A DNA stretch of 64,000 nt from contig JAQWQL010000110.1 in assembly GCA_029244605.1 (NCBI GenBank), positions 674 to 64,673 on the forward strand, written 5' to 3'. The notes under the pieces are model-generated. The model worked only from the letters and a program-made list of their open reading frames with translations. It was not told where the DNA came from and searched no databases. This document shows positions 30,301 through 39,626 of the stretch, in pieces. Both the position numbers and the translations under genes were made by a program. This DNA is from Acidimicrobiales bacterium. GTDB lineage: Bacteria; Actinomycetota; Acidimicrobiia; Acidimicrobiales; UBA8592. Positions within the stretch are counted from its first letter, which is position 1, and the number at the start of each line of letters is the position of its first letter.

Positions 30301-30505
30301 CCATTTTTGTTAACAGCACTCTTTTCCACACGGAGCTAAAGCCGAGAGAATCAAACCATAAATAATCTGTGTAGAATCCTGCGATCCCTCGGAGAGAAAC
30401 AATGAGGATGATAAGGGCGACAATGCTTAACGCAAGGATCATGCGAGAACGGCGCGAAAATCTTCTCCTTTGCCTTGGCGAAGGTACTCCACTTATATCA
30501 GTCAT
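27395..30505 (-). CDS. UPF0182 family membrane protein
   Basis: YTDYLWF, FGIKDPQFNIDIGFYVFQLP, THGYG, NYVRNSVKVVIDAYNG and HLRYPEDLF motifs. Confidence 0.92.
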   Translation of the reverse strand: MTDISGVPSPRQRRRFSRRSRMILALSIVALIILIVSLRGIAGFYTDYLWFDSLGFSSVWKRVLLTKMALAGIFMLFTFLLLWGNLYIADRIAPQSRPEGPEEALVSRYHEAIGSRSGLIRIAVSALFALFLGIGTGGQWQDWILFRNRQDFGIKDPQFNIDIGFYVFQLPFILFLINWLFTAFIVVLVITSIGHYLNGGIRVNTAGRRVTAPVKVHISVLLAILALIKAADYWFQRYSLNFSGRGIVDGASYTDINAKLPAIKLLILISLAAAILLIINIWRRGWVLPVVSVGLWAFVAIAIGSIYPAIFQRFVVEPSESSRESEYIERNIEATRQAYGLQVSSGADTEGNIEERTFTPNVEDGLTLDILELNASTLENLRLLDPGVVPPTYQALEVEREQFRFSNDLDVDRYEVDGDIRTVVIAARELNLDGVNSGWENQHVSFTHGYGIALAPANTTTAQGEPDFVIGGLPTEVNSERINVELNQPRIYVGEELESYAIVNTDRCEIDFALTGSESIDNSTENAETTCAGSDGSGENLLFRYDGDDGVKAGGFFRRIAFALRFGDLNPIFSGLINNDSKFLYNRDVSDRAKELAPFLEYDSDSYPVIVDGRIKFILDAYTTSDRYPYSQSADDNSVPFSSGLSDRFNYVRNSVKVVIDAYNGDVTFYVIDESDPIIQAYMKAFPDLFTLAFPSDTSDEGMPEAIAEHLRYPEDLFKVQTNMWGRYHLDDANDFYEAAGAWVVSLDPGDDLDNAPTAIISESGFVTFASGKRMDPYYVQMQLPGETSQEFVLLRPFVPRSSDDSRQQLEAFMVAQTDEQGESRLVAYTVPGLKVDGPVIANRSMLADPEVAETTTLLGQRGSGVKLGNMLLVPLDGGDNADALLYLRPLYVEASGSQPAVQQVIAAYGESVRICATVELVLGALLIPESEVGDNCENVTPVALSGTSSGSRTQEDETPTQPASSSEETPEDETPDETPDETSTAEQVQQLLSQALQAFLAADEALEEGNLGEYQELINQGQNYVDQANDLLRGQ
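27558..27604 (-). repeat. 12-bp coding tandem repeat (ETPD) in the acidic linker of UPF0182
   Basis: GTTTCATCTGGA x2 plus two variants on the + strand. Confidence 0.8.
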
Positions 30506-30594
30506 GCTTTGGCAATAGTCCCATTTTTAAGAAATTTAAACGCAGCTAGCGTCATGAGGTAATACTACCGTGATGAGATGTGCTTCTGTCCAGC

Positions 30595-31875
30595 TCAACC
30601 TTTCTTTGCTAGCTCTGCCTCAGAACAAGTGAAGATGCCATCTTCTTCGTCTATTGGCCTTTCAGAGAGTTCTAGATTAGTTGTTCCTGATTCTTCCGCT
30701 ATTTCTATCCCGTTGCCGCCAAATTCGCTTAAAACGATGACAGCATCTGAAAAGGTTTGAACGCATCGAATTTCGATTCTTTCTCTAGCAATTTCATCGG
30801 CGACAACATATTCATCTGGCGGAACGAGAAAGAGTTCTATACCTGAACGAATTGCTGCTTCGGTTTTTTGTGGAACTCCACCGACTGGGCCAACATTTCC
30901 GAATCTATCGATGGTTCCCGTCGTCGCTATTCGAAGACCTCCGGTGAGTTCTCCTTCTGTGATGACATCAAGGATTGATAATGAAAAGGCCAGACCAGCG
31001 GAAGGGCCTCGAACATTTCCTACATCGATGGTTATTTCAAAGGGTACGTCTGCTCGAACAGGTGTTTCAATTACAACGCCCAAGAAACCTACTCCTTGTT
31101 TTTCTGGGTGTTCTGCAAGGGTAATGATTTCGGTATTTGATGAAGCATTGTCATCTGCTCCTGAGCCGCCGAGGGCAGATGGTGACCGCATGTACGTAAT
31201 TTCGACAGCATCTCCCGGTTGTTTTTCTTGGATGAGGTTCCCTAGATCTTCGGAATTTTGAACTTTTTCTCCATTGACATCAACGATGAGGTCACCTAGC
31301 TGAAGGGATTTTTCGGCTGGGCTTCCTTCAACGAGTCGGATGACAAATGCCCCGTCAACTTCTGGGACTATTTCGTACCCTAGGAAATTGAGTGCTACGA
31401 GCGCTGCAGTGCTTTGAGATTGATCCATCTGAAATTGGGTAACTTTTCGTGTTTCACTGACGGTTCTGTTGCCATCTATGACAGAGGGGCTTATGAGCTG
31501 TTTCGTTTTATCTCTTTTAGCCTTCCACCATTGCCAGATTGTGGTTTCGCGTTTAATTGAAACAGTGGTGTATGCGATCTCTCCTTCAGGTGGATACGTG
31601 TCTGTTCCATCAACAATGATTGCTTGCGCCGTGTTGTTTGCGCTTCCTGGCGAAAGAATGTAGCTATCATCACTCACCCATGAAGCAGGAGCAAAGCGAA
31701 TAAATAGTACAGCAGCGATAACAAGAAGAAATATCCCAAGGGGGATAATAGAGTAACTCGTTCCGAATTTACGAACTTTGGAAGAAGGGAGTTCTTTAGC
31801 CGTGTCTGAACTTGTTTCCTCTATCGGATCTTCGTCATCTAAATTCGAAGTTTCTATTGAGTCTTCGGTATCCAC
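30595..31875 (-). CDS. PDZ plus Lon-like (S16) membrane protease, YlbL/Rv3194c family
   Basis: TM segment, PDZ domain, GPSAGLAF (catalytic Ser) and GPVGGVPQK (Lys). Confidence 0.88.
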   Translation of the reverse strand: MDTEDSIETSNLDDEDPIEETSSDTAKELPSSKVRKFGTSYSIIPLGIFLLVIAAVLFIRFAPASWVSDDSYILSPGSANNTAQAIIVDGTDTYPPEGEIAYTTVSIKRETTIWQWWKAKRDKTKQLISPSVIDGNRTVSETRKVTQFQMDQSQSTAALVALNFLGYEIVPEVDGAFVIRLVEGSPAEKSLQLGDLIVDVNGEKVQNSEDLGNLIQEKQPGDAVEITYMRSPSALGGSGADDNASSNTEIITLAEHPEKQGVGFLGVVIETPVRADVPFEITIDVGNVRGPSAGLAFSLSILDVITEGELTGGLRIATTGTIDRFGNVGPVGGVPQKTEAAIRSGIELFLVPPDEYVVADEIARERIEIRCVQTFSDAVIVLSEFGGNGIEIAEESGTTNLELSERPIDEEDGIFTCSEAELAKKG

Positions 31876-32014
31876 TTACTTCTCCGTATAGGTTTCCGCC
31901 ATACACTTTGCCACGTTAAGCGGCAGATTCCATTGCAGCTGGCAATTTATCTTTTTCTTGTCATTAAAGAAATAACCATACAAGTAGAATATGGTTAATC
32001 GTTGAGAGGTATGA

Positions 32015-32242
32015 ATGCTCAGTACACCTAGAAGGCCGATCGCGAGAATGTTCACTCAACGTGACCCTTTGGCCAAACATAGGGCTGTTACAGGGTTAGG
32101 TGCCCGTATCAGGTGGTGGCAGCGGATAGGAAGCCTTATCGGTGTTGCCATACTCGTTGGAATAATGGGTGTGCTTTTGGCTGCAGGTATTGGATTGGTC
32201 GTAATAGGCGGTCGGGTTCTTTTGGATGTCCTTGTTAGTTGA
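32015..32242 (+). CDS. Small membrane protein, hypothetical
   Basis: GAGAGG RBS and upstream TAGAAT; hydrophobic C-half; stop overlaps the next gene. Confidence 0.6.
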   Translation: MLSTPRRPIARMFTQRDPLAKHRAVTGLGARIRWWQRIGSLIGVAILVGIMGVLLAAGIGLVVIGGRVLLDVLVS

Positions 32243-32868
32243 CGGTAATGTCGTTTTTGCGTCCTGATGGAGATTCCGAAGCTCATGCGGTCACGCGTAT
32301 TCGTCAAATAATCATTGAGTCTTCCTTAAATGGGGACTATTCGCATGCCGTTGAGTCTCTTCAACACCCAGAGCCAAAAGTTCGGGCTACTGCGTTCACA
32401 ATTTTAGGAGCCGAAGGAAAGCTTGATCTAGAACTCTTAGAGGCGGCCCTGTTGGATACTTCATCTGAGGTTCGGTGTGCCCTTGCCCATTTGATTTCAA
32501 CGAATCATGAGATCCCAGCGGTGAGGTTTTTGCTGGATGAAGACCCTTCGATTGTTGAGATAGCGTGCTGGGCTATTGGGGAACGTGGAGAAGCGGCAGG
32601 GGAAATTCTCGAAGTGTTAAAAGAAATCACAGAATCGCATAGTGATTCATTATGTCGAGAATCAGCAGTGGCCGCTTTAGGAGCTCTTGGAAACAGGGAA
32701 GCCTTGGGAAGTATTCTCAAAGCGGTTGGCGATATTGCTACTGTTCGACGCCGAGCAGTTTTGGCCTTATCTCCTTTTGATGGCCCAGAAGTTGAATCAG
32801 CTATAACTAAAGCTTTAGAAGATCGAGACTGGCAGGTTCGTCAAGCTGCTGAGGATATCTCGAAATAG
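32239..32868 (+). CDS. HEAT-repeat protein
   Basis: Repeated VR..A..ALG units; ALEDRDWQVRQAAED. Confidence 0.8.
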   Translation: MTVMSFLRPDGDSEAHAVTRIRQIIIESSLNGDYSHAVESLQHPEPKVRATAFTILGAEGKLDLELLEAALLDTSSEVRCALAHLISTNHEIPAVRFLLDEDPSIVEIACWAIGERGEAAGEILEVLKEITESHSDSLCRESAVAALGALGNREALGSILKAVGDIATVRRRAVLALSPFDGPEVESAITKALEDRDWQVRQAAEDISK

Positions 32869-32894
32869 ACTCTGGTTGAAGTTTATGTGTTCAG

Positions 32895-33914
32895 TTATCT
32901 TCTGTGGCGAGCGTTTGGGTCATCCATAAACATCGCTCGCACAGATTCGAAAGATTCGATGCAGCGTCCAGCTCCGAGAACAACAGCTTCGAGGGCATTT
33001 GGGACAATATGGACGGGAACTTCTGTTATTTCAGAAATTCGTGTATCAAAGCCTTTAAGGAGAGAACCTCCTCCAACCAAACTTATGCCTTGCACGATGA
33101 TATCTTGAGCCATTTCTGGAGGAGCTTTTGATAGGCATGACGTAACAGAATCGACCATGGTTGATACCGGTTCATCAATCGCTTCACGAATTTCCGATGG
33201 GCTTACAACTACAACTTCTGGAAGGCCACTAGAAATATGTCTTCCCCGTACTTCTGCGCGTAGTTCACCCTCGTATGGACTAGCGGACCCAATTGTGAGT
33301 TTTATTTCCTCAGCGGTTCGTTCCCCTATCGCTACTCCGAATTCTTTCTTAATGAAGTTTTGAATTGCGACGTCAAGATCGAACGACCCGACACGGACAG
33401 CTTCGAGGGCGACAACTCCCCCCATAGAAATCAGCGCTGTTTCACTTGTCCCTCCGCCTATATCCACTATTAAGTTTCCGATAGGTTCGTTGATTGGGAG
33501 ACCGGATCCTATCGCTGCAGCGAGTGGTTGTTCTATTAATCTGGCATCGACGGCTCCTGCTCGGCGTGCAGCTTCGGTCACTGCTCGGCGTTCAACTGCG
33601 GTAATAGCTGAAGGGACACATATCACGACTCTGGGGCGGTTAAAGCGGCTAACTCCTACGCGTTGTAATAATAGGCGGATCATGCGTTGAGTGACTTCGA
33701 AGTCCGTTATTGCCCCATGTCTTAATGGACGAACAGCGACGATGTGACCTGGAGTTCTTCCTATCATCTGCCATGCTTCGTCTCCCATTGCGAGCACTTC
33801 ATTTGTTTTGTCGTTGAGGGCAATAACAGATGGCTCGTTTAAGACTATTCCTCTTCCACGGGCGTAGACGAGAGTATTAGCTGTTCCGAGGTCAATTGCA
33901 AGATCGCGTGCCAA
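32895..33914 (-). CDS. mreB: Rod-shape determining actin-like protein MreB/Mbl
   Basis: AIDLGTANT, LNEPSV, VDIGGGTSE, IGERTAEEIK and LVGGGSLL motifs. Confidence 0.93.
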   Translation of the reverse strand: MARDLAIDLGTANTLVYARGRGIVLNEPSVIALNDKTNEVLAMGDEAWQMIGRTPGHIVAVRPLRHGAITDFEVTQRMIRLLLQRVGVSRFNRPRVVICVPSAITAVERRAVTEAARRAGAVDARLIEQPLAAAIGSGLPINEPIGNLIVDIGGGTSETALISMGGVVALEAVRVGSFDLDVAIQNFIKKEFGVAIGERTAEEIKLTIGSASPYEGELRAEVRGRHISSGLPEVVVVSPSEIREAIDEPVSTMVDSVTSCLSKAPPEMAQDIIVQGISLVGGGSLLKGFDTRISEITEVPVHIVPNALEAVVLGAGRCIESFESVRAMFMDDPNARHRR

Positions 33915-33916
33915 AG

Positions 33917-34087
33917 TTAGCTCCCTTCGTTATCTCTATTATGCGGGGCAATGGCGTCAAGATGTGCACGGAATTCTTCTATAGAGGAATTAAACGTTTT
34001 TTTTCGTTCACGCTGAAAAACCCAGAGCAAGAAAGAAACAAGTAGAAAAATTGCAAGAGCTCCTGCAAGGAAAAGAAGTGGATTCAT
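33917..34087 (-). CDS. Unannotated 56-aa single-TM protein directly upstream of mreB
   Basis: Manual translation MNPLLFLAGALAIFLLVSFLLWVFQRERKKTFNSSIEEFRAHLDAIAPHNRDNEGS*. It fills the moaE-mreB gap, and its stop is 2 nt before the mreB TTG. Confidence 0.75.
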   Translation of the reverse strand: MNPLLFLAGALAIFLLVSFLLWVFQRERKKTFNSSIEEFRAHLDAIAPHNRDNEGS

Positions 34088-34115
34088 GTATGTGTTTCTC
34101 TATGGGGTAGTGATT

Positions 34116-34601
34116 TCATCTTTTTTCTAGCTCTTCGATTTCTCTTAGGTGTTGTGGTTCTAGTCCCCAACTCTTCCCATCTTCCCATTGTTCGCGTTTC
34201 CAAATAGGTACTGTAAATTTTAGAGTATCAATGCAAAATCGTGCTGCGTGAAATGCATCATCACGATGTGGAGATCCTACTGCAACAATGACAGCTGCTT
34301 CACCAATATCTACAGGTCCTACTCTATGTAATAGGGCAACCCGCCCTATTGTCGGCCATTTCGATCTGGCTTCTTCAATGATACGTTCCATTCTGGGAAC
34401 AACTTGATCTTCGTAGGCTTCGTATTCTAGGAGGGTCACGTTCTCTCGGCCTTCAGAATGGTTTCTTGCTACTCCACTAAATGTCACTACAGCTCCGATA
34501 TGGGGTTCAGTTACCCAGCGGTTTGCTTCGGACTCAGGAAGGGGAAGATGGCTTAGCCCTAGCCATGATGTGGAGTTATCTGGTGGTTTCACTCTTCCCA
34601 T
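34116..34601 (-). CDS. moaE: Molybdopterin synthase catalytic subunit
   Basis: GAVVTFSGVARNH, LEYEAY, HRVG, SPHR and VPIWKRE motifs. Confidence 0.9.
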   Translation of the reverse strand: MGRVKPPDNSTSWLGLSHLPLPESEANRWVTEPHIGAVVTFSGVARNHSEGRENVTLLEYEAYEDQVVPRMERIIEEARSKWPTIGRVALLHRVGPVDIGEAAVIVAVGSPHRDDAFHAARFCIDTLKFTVPIWKREQWEDGKSWGLEPQHLREIEELEKR

Positions 34602-34688
34602 GCTAGAGGTGAGAAATAGGACTACTCAACTTTCCGCAAAGATCTGAACCGCGGACGATGTCTTGGACTTTCACGCTAGTGTCGTAAT

Positions 34689-34877
34689 GTGAATTCAGAT
34701 GGGGAAAAAATGGGGGATGAATTTGCTGAGCTGCCTATCGAAAGAGATCGCACGTGGAGGCATCCATCAGAAATTGGCCAGCTTTCAAGGTTAAGTAGAA
34801 ATTTGCGAATTGTTAGATTCCTCGGGTGGATAGCGATAGTGGTTGGTTTGATCTTGATTGGATCAGAAGTTTTTTAA
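34689..34877 (+). CDS. Small membrane protein with DRTWRHPSE motif
   Basis: TAGTGT -10 hexamer 6 nt before the GTG; C-terminal TM helix. Confidence 0.55.
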   Translation: MNSDGEKMGDEFAELPIERDRTWRHPSEIGQLSRLSRNLRIVRFLGWIAIVVGLILIGSEVF

Positions 34878-34879
34878 AA

Positions 34880-35926
34880 TTACTCTGGGTCGCGTATTGA
34901 TCGGAGAAAGCGTGACAAGAGGTATGAGAATATGGCACCGGCGATAATTGCTCCAACTAACGCTGCTCTTTGGCGTTGTTTGGCATTCATATTTGACCAT
35001 GGTTTAGGGGGTGTTCCATCTACATACGCTTCGGCATTGGTGTGCTCAGGACTCCACCCTGTTTCTCGAAGACGAGAATTTGAAATGATCCAAGGGTGAA
35101 CAGTGTATGGAGTTAGCCCAGGTGGTGTTGGTGCTATGCGGTGGCGCCAACTAAAACGTCCTAGTCGGTCAGCGACTTCTTCTTTGACTCGTAAACGGGG
35201 AAATCTTCCACTCAGTTCTCTACATACTTCCGCTTCGATGTACCCATCGGGGGCGACATTATAGACTCCGCTCATTCCTCCTTTTGATGCAAGCACCACT
35301 GCCGTAGCTAAATCATCAAGATGGAGAAACTGGACAGGAGGATCATTATCTCCTGCATCAATTACAGCTGAAGCGCGAAGAGAACGTGCTACCCAACTAA
35401 TTTGTCCTTTTGCTAAAGCAGTGGTTGGACGGAGAATCACAAGCTCCGACCCGGGGTGCAATTCGTGCCATTCTTGAGCGAGGTTCTCGATTTCTACCTT
35501 TACCGAAGCGAAGGAGAAATCTGGATTTGGGTCAACTGCTGTTTCTTCAGTCACTGGAATCGAGTTATGTGACCAAGCTCCATAAACCATTGCAGAAGAA
35601 AGAATGACGATGCGTTTGACTCCAGTGGCCTCTGCTGCTTCTAAAACCCGTCGCGTGGCGTCGATCTCTTCACCACCAGCATCTAAACCATCGCTGCTAG
35701 GCCCAAAAGATGTTGCGAGATGGACAAGTGTTGATGCTCCTTCGAAAATCGGTTTCAAATCTTCATGACGTAAGTCCGTCTGGTGATGGTAAATACGGCG
35801 ATGGTTTGGCATCTCAGGACGCGTATCTATGCCAAGAATGGCATCGATACCATCAGTTTCTGCGAGTGTCTTGCATACTCGAGTTCCAATTGAACCAGCA
35901 GCGCCAGTCACTATAAGGGTTTCCAT
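34880..35926 (-). CDS. NAD-dependent epimerase/dehydratase family protein
   Basis: VTGAAGSIG, SSAMVYGA and QFLHLDDL motifs. Confidence 0.85.
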   Translation of the reverse strand: METLIVTGAAGSIGTRVCKTLAETDGIDAILGIDTRPEMPNHRRIYHHQTDLRHEDLKPIFEGASTLVHLATSFGPSSDGLDAGGEEIDATRRVLEAAEATGVKRIVILSSAMVYGAWSHNSIPVTEETAVDPNPDFSFASVKVEIENLAQEWHELHPGSELVILRPTTALAKGQISWVARSLRASAVIDAGDNDPPVQFLHLDDLATAVVLASKGGMSGVYNVAPDGYIEAEVCRELSGRFPRLRVKEEVADRLGRFSWRHRIAPTPPGLTPYTVHPWIISNSRLRETGWSPEHTNAEAYVDGTPPKPWSNMNAKQRQRAALVGAIIAGAIFSYLLSRFLRSIRDPE

Positions 35927-36116
35927 GGCTCCCTAGACTCCTTCTAAAAACTGGGCCTTGTTTTATTTCGCTCGTAAATCTTAGATGTGAAACCCAAACC
36001 ATAGTCCAAAGGGGTCATAGATACGAGTCTTCAATGGAAGGTGGCCTAATTTACTACGAATTGATTTGGTAGAATAGAGTTAGAAATTCGTAATTTCGTA
36101 ACGAAGGTAAGGAATA

Positions 36117-37286
36117 TTGGAAAACATAAACCCATTTGGTGGATTCCCATTTTTTGGAGACTTTGAAAAACTGTTTGGAAATGCTGGCCAAGATCATTGG
36201 GGTGCTGCAAAACAAATTGCTATCCAATTAGCTACTGGAGGAGAACCTGAATCAAATGTTGATCCATCACACAGGATAGAAATCGAAGAACTCGCGCGAA
36301 TCGCTGAGCTCCATATCCGTAACTCGACAGGCCTAGACGTTGGAAATGCGACAGTGCGAGCGTCTACCCGCAGCCAATGGATAGAGAATGCGCTCAAAGT
36401 GTACGAACCGTTACTTAGAGAACTTTCGGACTCTTTGACGAAGCAAACAACATCTGGTGTCGAAACTGAGCAAGGCGATCCGATGGCTGCGATGTTTGGT
36501 CAAATGATGCAACATTTGGGTCCAGTCATGTTAGCTATGACTGCGGGATCCATGGTTGGGCATTTAGCATCCAAATCTCTAGGCCAATACGACCTTCCGA
36601 TACCTAGGGAAGAAAAAACAGAAATTCAAATTATCGCAAAAAATATTACAACCTTTGGAGAAGAATGGAGTCTTCCAACCCAAGAATTGTTTCTGTGGGT
36701 TTGCCTACACGAGCTGTGCCATCATGCTGTCCTGCAAGTAAATCATGTTCAAAAAAGATTTCAGGATTTACTTCTTAGTTATGTAAGCGGGTTTGAAAGT
36801 AACCCAGCAGGTTTGGGGGAAATACTTCAGGAAATTGATATGGAGTCCCCATCTGCTTTTGATGACCTACAGCGTTCACTGGGAGACCCAGAACTGGTAT
36901 TAGGTATTATTCAAAGCGATGAGCAATTATCTTTGCTTCCAGAACTCCACGCATTAAGTGCTGTGATAGTTGGATACGTGGACTACATTATGGACAAAGT
37001 AGGTAATGGGCTGATCGGGTCATATGGCCAGTTGACTGAGGCGCTGCGCCGTAGGCGTGTTGAAGCCGACCCATCTGATCGTTTTATTGAGCGGATGTTT
37101 GGGCTTGAACTTACACAGTCACAATATGACCGGGGCGCCTCATTCATTTCAGGTGTGATAGAGCGCGCCGGAGATTCTGGGGTCTCAAGACTGTGGGAAA
37201 AGGAACAGAATCTTCCTACACCTAATGAAGTTGATGCTCCTGGGTTATGGCTTGCGAGAATAGATCTCCCTGATGGTTCCCGGTAA
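36117..37286 (+). CDS. Zinc-dependent metalloprotease-like protein (DUF2342/Zincin_2, Rv3195-like)
   Basis: LGQYDL, WVCLHELCHH (HExxH) and LPTPNEVDAPGLWLARI motifs. Confidence 0.85.
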   Translation: MENINPFGGFPFFGDFEKLFGNAGQDHWGAAKQIAIQLATGGEPESNVDPSHRIEIEELARIAELHIRNSTGLDVGNATVRASTRSQWIENALKVYEPLLRELSDSLTKQTTSGVETEQGDPMAAMFGQMMQHLGPVMLAMTAGSMVGHLASKSLGQYDLPIPREEKTEIQIIAKNITTFGEEWSLPTQELFLWVCLHELCHHAVLQVNHVQKRFQDLLLSYVSGFESNPAGLGEILQEIDMESPSAFDDLQRSLGDPELVLGIIQSDEQLSLLPELHALSAVIVGYVDYIMDKVGNGLIGSYGQLTEALRRRRVEADPSDRFIERMFGLELTQSQYDRGASFISGVIERAGDSGVSRLWEKEQNLPTPNEVDAPGLWLARIDLPDGSR

Positions 37287-37295
37287 ATAAATAAC

Positions 37296-38816
37296 TTATT
37301 GAAATAGTCTTGGAGGACCGTTCGGGTCATCTGACTCTGGGAATGGGAAGAAGTCTTCTTGTTTTCGTGGCTCAGAATTTTCTATTTGAGGTTGAGCTAT
37401 TTCATCTTGAGGTGGTGAAGCTTCTTCTGTATCTAGTCCAATTCCTGCAAACAAAGATTTCCTGCTTAAACGGAAATGATTAGTTTTTCTTTCCCCTTCG
37501 TTGGGACTGTATAGGAGAGAAAAACCTGCGAACCCTGCAGCGATAGAAAGTAGAAGAAAGCCAAGACGGGCGGGGATGGTGAAAATGACAGGGATCAAAG
37601 CACCAAATACCCAAATCAATTGAAACCGGGTTTCGAAACGTGCAAACGAGCGTCCATAATTTGCATCTGGAGCATCACGTTGGACTATTGAATCAAAGGC
37701 GAGTTTCCCCGCGTTAGCAGAAATTGCTACAGCAAAGCCGACAAGTATAGCTCCACTGATTCCTCCGCTCCATAGACCTAAAAGGGCAGCAACAAATGTC
37801 GTAAGTAACGCTCCGAGTAATATTCGCTCTTCATTTATGCGGGTACGTAGACGAGGGGAGATTACCGACCCCGCTAACCCGCCAAGGACTCCAAAAGCTA
37901 TGACCGCCCCTAATTTGACCGCTGATGCACCATCAGCGCCAAGGTCAACTCCGAGAAGCTCTTCGTGGAGTTTTGCACCTATGGCAGTTCCTGTTCCGGA
38001 GAGGTCAAGGTCATCTGTTCCTCCTCGATAAGCAAACGCTACTAAGAAAGTAAAGAACCCGATGATGCCTCTAAGTACTCCCATACCTGAGGCTGCCTGC
38101 ACAATCCCTTTAGAACGAAGTTCTTGCCGTTCTTTCTCGTCTTCAGGACCAGATGCAATCTTAGTTTTTGGAAGGCGTAAAGATACAGCTGCTGCTGAGA
38201 AGAAAGCTATTGTAGCTAGAAGAACAGACCATTCAGGACCTCCGATCCACTGCAGAAGAGCAGCTGGCGCTGCCCCCATAAATCCAGCAATACCAGAGAG
38301 CAACGCAAGTCTTGAATTTTTTTCAACTAACTCTTCTTGTGAGGAAACTGTAGTGGGGACAACAGCTGCTTTAGCTATCGCGTAACTTTTCTGCATGACA
38401 AGAATCGCGAATGCAAGTGGAAAGAGGAATAGGGAGTCTAGATTCGTAATCATTAATGCAGCTATGATCACTCGGAAAAGGTTTATTCCGAAGATCATGA
38501 TTCTTCTACCGCCCGCATACCTATCAATGATTGGTCCGATAAGTGGGCTTATAACAGCGAAGGGAGCAATGGTAAGTGCAAGGTATAAGCCGACTCTCCA
38601 TCGAGCTGCGCTTGGGTCAATATTAAAAAAGAGAGAGCCTGCAAGTGCTACGGTAACCATTGCGTCACCAGCAGCGGAAAAAGCATGGACACGACTTAAC
38701 CGCACAAACGGGGAAACAACAAACTTGCGCTTAGGTTTTTCGGAAACTGTTTGTTCTTCCCTATCTACAGAAGCAGATGTGGACGATATACCTCGTTGGT
38801 CACTCTGTTCATTCAC
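37296..38816 (-). CDS. MFS transporter (Rv0876c-like)
   Basis: ALAGSLFF, LYLALTIAPFA and DSIVQRDAPD..GRSFARFET motifs. Confidence 0.8.
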   Translation of the reverse strand: MNEQSDQRGISSTSASVDREEQTVSEKPKRKFVVSPFVRLSRVHAFSAAGDAMVTVALAGSLFFNIDPSAARWRVGLYLALTIAPFAVISPLIGPIIDRYAGGRRIMIFGINLFRVIIAALMITNLDSLFLFPLAFAILVMQKSYAIAKAAVVPTTVSSQEELVEKNSRLALLSGIAGFMGAAPAALLQWIGGPEWSVLLATIAFFSAAAVSLRLPKTKIASGPEDEKERQELRSKGIVQAASGMGVLRGIIGFFTFLVAFAYRGGTDDLDLSGTGTAIGAKLHEELLGVDLGADGASAVKLGAVIAFGVLGGLAGSVISPRLRTRINEERILLGALLTTFVAALLGLWSGGISGAILVGFAVAISANAGKLAFDSIVQRDAPDANYGRSFARFETRFQLIWVFGALIPVIFTIPARLGFLLLSIAAGFAGFSLLYSPNEGERKTNHFRLSRKSLFAGIGLDTEEASPPQDEIAQPQIENSEPRKQEDFFPFPESDDPNGPPRLFQ

Positions 38817-38941
38817 ACTCTAATCCTAGAAGGTGAATGACAGAAGTGCTTCCCGTTACCAATATGTGAAATACAAGATTGAGCTAGCTGAGATCTCTGG
38901 GAAGAATCACTCCGATCAGGCCATTACCTTTAGTAATGCCA

Positions 38942-39613
38942 TTAATCATCTAGATCTGTTTCTCCATCATCGGTATAGCCTTGTCTTTGGAGAGGTTCAG
39001 CGACGCCAGTAACTACTCCAGCTAGATTTGAGACAATTCGTTTCCAATACCTGTATAGGACTGCTCGAGGTACGGCGTGATGTCCAGGTTCCTCGGAATG
39101 CATGTAATATCGGATCTTGTTTTCAATGGAGTGGCGTAATTTTGTTGCTCGTACACAAAATTCTCGAGCTTGTTCGGAGGTTGTCTCTGCCATCAGGTCA
39201 GCCGCTTCTGCAAACATTGATGAAATCACTCGACGAACCTCATTTAATTCTAAAATATCTTCTGCATCAACCAGTGAGACCCCCTCTTCGGCCAGATCTA
39301 GAATATTTTTTGCCTGATCTCCGATACGCTCGATTTTTTTGATCAATAAGGTGTAACTGAGCACAGAACCAATTTCAGCCGTTCCATGTACTGCAACATG
39401 AGTCACTAGCTCTCCACGTAGTGTCTGTTCTGCTTGGTTTATGTGCTCATCAGTGGTACGGATATCGTGTGCCACGGATTCTGGGTTTGCTCCACTTAAT
39501 ACAGCTGCGGAAGCTAGATCAAAAGAATGGCGTGCGTCTGCGAGCATCGAAATGGTTCGATGAGCAACAACGTCTAACCCACTTTCACTTTTTCTAAAGA
39601 ATGACATAACCAT
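38942..39613 (-). CDS. phoU: PhoU-domain protein
   Basis: DEHINQAE and KKIERIGDQAKNI motifs. Confidence 0.75.
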   Translation of the reverse strand: MVMSFFRKSESGLDVVAHRTISMLADARHSFDLASAAVLSGANPESVAHDIRTTDEHINQAEQTLRGELVTHVAVHGTAEIGSVLSYTLLIKKIERIGDQAKNILDLAEEGVSLVDAEDILELNEVRRVISSMFAEAADLMAETTSEQAREFCVRATKLRHSIENKIRYYMHSEEPGHHAVPRAVLYRYWKRIVSNLAGVVTGVAEPLQRQGYTDDGETDLDD

Positions 39614-39626
39614 AAGATTTCCCCTT

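Noticed and set aside
35930-36115. Short inverted repeats (TACGAATT/AATTCGTA, CTCGTA/TACGAG) in a divergent promoter region
   Set aside because: Arms are short and AT-rich and do not build a coherent fold; compatible with chance or a simple operator.
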